Assembly: GCF_036971445.1 (NCBI RefSeq)
Contig: NC_091476.1
Coordinates: forward strand, 141,918,001 to 141,982,000
Length of the DNA stretch: 64,000 nucleotides
Direction of reading: 5' to 3'
DNA from: Narcine bancroftii
Lineage: Eukaryota
A model generated the notes under the pieces. The model saw only the letters and a list, made by a program, of their open reading frames with translations, did not search any database and was not told the DNA's origin. Below, in pieces: positions 62,400 to 64,000 of the stretch; the stretch's first letter is position 1; the number at the start of each line of letters is the position of its first letter. The translations under genes were made by a program, and so were the position numbers.

Positions 62400-62955
62400 G
62401 CTCACCCTCCATTGTCACCGATTGCTTCAGAACAGCTCCTACAATGGATCCCCCTACTCATATCAATTCACCGCTCCGCTCCCTTGCTGATGTGCCTGTC
62501 CATGGTCCCATGCACTGTCAGACTGAGACTGCTTGCAAATTGGAGGAACAACACTTCATATTCCATCCTGGGACCCTCCAAATGGATGGTATTAATGTTG
62601 ACCTCTCTGGTTTCTGTTAAACCCCTCTCCCCATCTTTCCCTATGTCTCCTTTCTTATCTCTCTTCTCTTTGTCTCCTTTCACAGAGCCAAAAACTGCTC
62701 CTCTTCCCCAATCAATTCTCACCTTTCCTCTCTCCTGTACTTTTACCATATCTAATTAACGGCTTTTATCTGTTAGTCTGTACTCCTCCCTCTCCCATTC
62801 TTCTCTTTTCACCAGGCTTTTTAAACCTGCCTTTCCCTCTCCCACGTGCCTGCATTTTACTCATACCTCGAGGAAGGGTTCAGGCCTAAAACATTGGTTA
62901 TATGGACACTGCAAGGCTGGGTGAGTTCCTCCAGTATTTTGTTGTGCTTTTACTC
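62400..62955 (+). mobile_element. Penelope-like 3' fragment
   Basis: KLEEQHFIFHPGTLQMDGINVD end of GIY-YIG; pyrimidine tract; hammerhead-like motif at 62862-62902. Confidence 0.82.
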
Positions 62956-63412
62956 TCCATCAGAAAAGTAAATAATGTGGCAATTGTGAAATTTTGAGTT
63001 GGGTTAACTTTAAACCGAGGCTTCTCTGAAATTGACCGTCAAATAACAGAGGTTAATGCTACAGTTGGAATTCTGTGCTGAGTACGATGACTCTGGGAAC
63101 AAAAAACCAACAGAACATTGAAGCTGCTTCATCGGTCAGACCAGCAAGGCAGCCCCCTTCCACCCTAATGTACACCAGGCACTGCTGCCACATGGTACTT
63201 CTGCAGCTGCTAATGCAGGCTTTCTCATGCAGACCTTCATATGGCCATACATTAGGGGTATACTTCCTCCATACATTCTCTGTTTCTTTAGGACACACTT
63301 CATGACCACCTTCGTCAGCCCCATCTCTTTGTGAAATATTCAGGTCTTTTAAGCACAGACGTGAGACATAAATTGGAGGCTCCTGCAATTATATAGGATT
63401 ATGTGGGATATA

Positions 63413-63855
63413 TCAGAATCAGGTTTATTGTCCTGAAAACGTGTCATGGAATTTGTTGTTTTGTGGCAGCAATGTGGTACAGAACAAGGTGAAAAAATGC
63501 TAAAACTTACAATTTCATATGGTGGTATCCATATGGCAGAGGGGAAGAAGGTGTCCTTGTGCTGCTGGGTGTTTGTCTTTAGGCTCCTGTACCTCCTTCC
63601 TGATGGTAGGAGTGTGAAGAGGGCATGGCTGGGTGGTGGGAGTCCTTGAGGATAGAGGCTGCTTTCTTGGAGACACTGCCTCTTATAGATGTCTTCAATT
63701 AAATGAAGACTGCTGCCCACTGCTCCCTGTGGTCTTTTCCTGTCCTGTGTGTTGGCACTTCCATACCAGACAGTGATGCAACCAGTCAGAAGGCTCTCCA
63801 TGGTATACATGTACAAATTTTCAATAGTCTTTGGTGACATACCAAATCTCCTAGA
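63413..63855 (-). mobile_element. Rex1/Babar-like LINE 3' fragment
   Basis: ORF 63349-63861: ESLLTGCITVWYGS..LFTLLPSGRRYRSLK..FFPSAI; GATTCT tail. Confidence 0.88.
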
Positions 63856-64000
63856 TGGCATTCAGCCCAGCTTGTCTATGCTAGCACTCTCCCATTTTCT
63901 CCCACATCTGAGTCCACCTTCATGGCAGAGTTTTACAGCATGGGAAAAAAGCAACCAAGTTGTCTAACTGAGCTCCTTCTCCCCATCATTTGCTTCAAAT

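Noticed and set aside
63059-63388. 109-aa minus-strand ORF
   Set aside because: No recognisable homology or splice structure; adjacent to a LINE tail.

Overview
Eukaryotic, repeat-dense, essentially non-coding 64 kb window. The repeat complement points to a vertebrate, most likely a cartilaginous fish (shark/ray); this is inferred from CR1/HER1-type LINEs, V-SINE/HE1-type tRNA SINEs, Rex1/Babar LINEs and many Penelope-like pLTR pieces. I recognise no intact gene. The recognisable ORFs are decayed transposon proteins: an L1-clade ORF2 (5.5-7.7 kb), a Rex1/Babar APE+RT (40-42 kb), CR1 RT pieces, Penelope GIY-YIG C-termini and an IR-DR Tc1 transposase (57-59 kb). The other ORFs look like chance frames. 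The most interesting signal is RNA-level: about a dozen minimal type-I hammerhead-ribozyme-like motifs in the Penelope pLTRs, arranged as tandem and inverted pairs and one long palindrome, with many fragments breaking inside ribozyme stem II. Also present are a four-copy non-coding retroposon family with a YY1 site, a TSD-flanked L1 lacking nearly all of ORF2, several multi-level nested insertions, and a few TE-free islands with candidate exons or regulatory motifs. An excess of minus-strand retroelements suggests an intron of a plus-strand gene that I cannot identify. Family names come from motif recognition only (no database searches), and most repeat boundaries are approximate.
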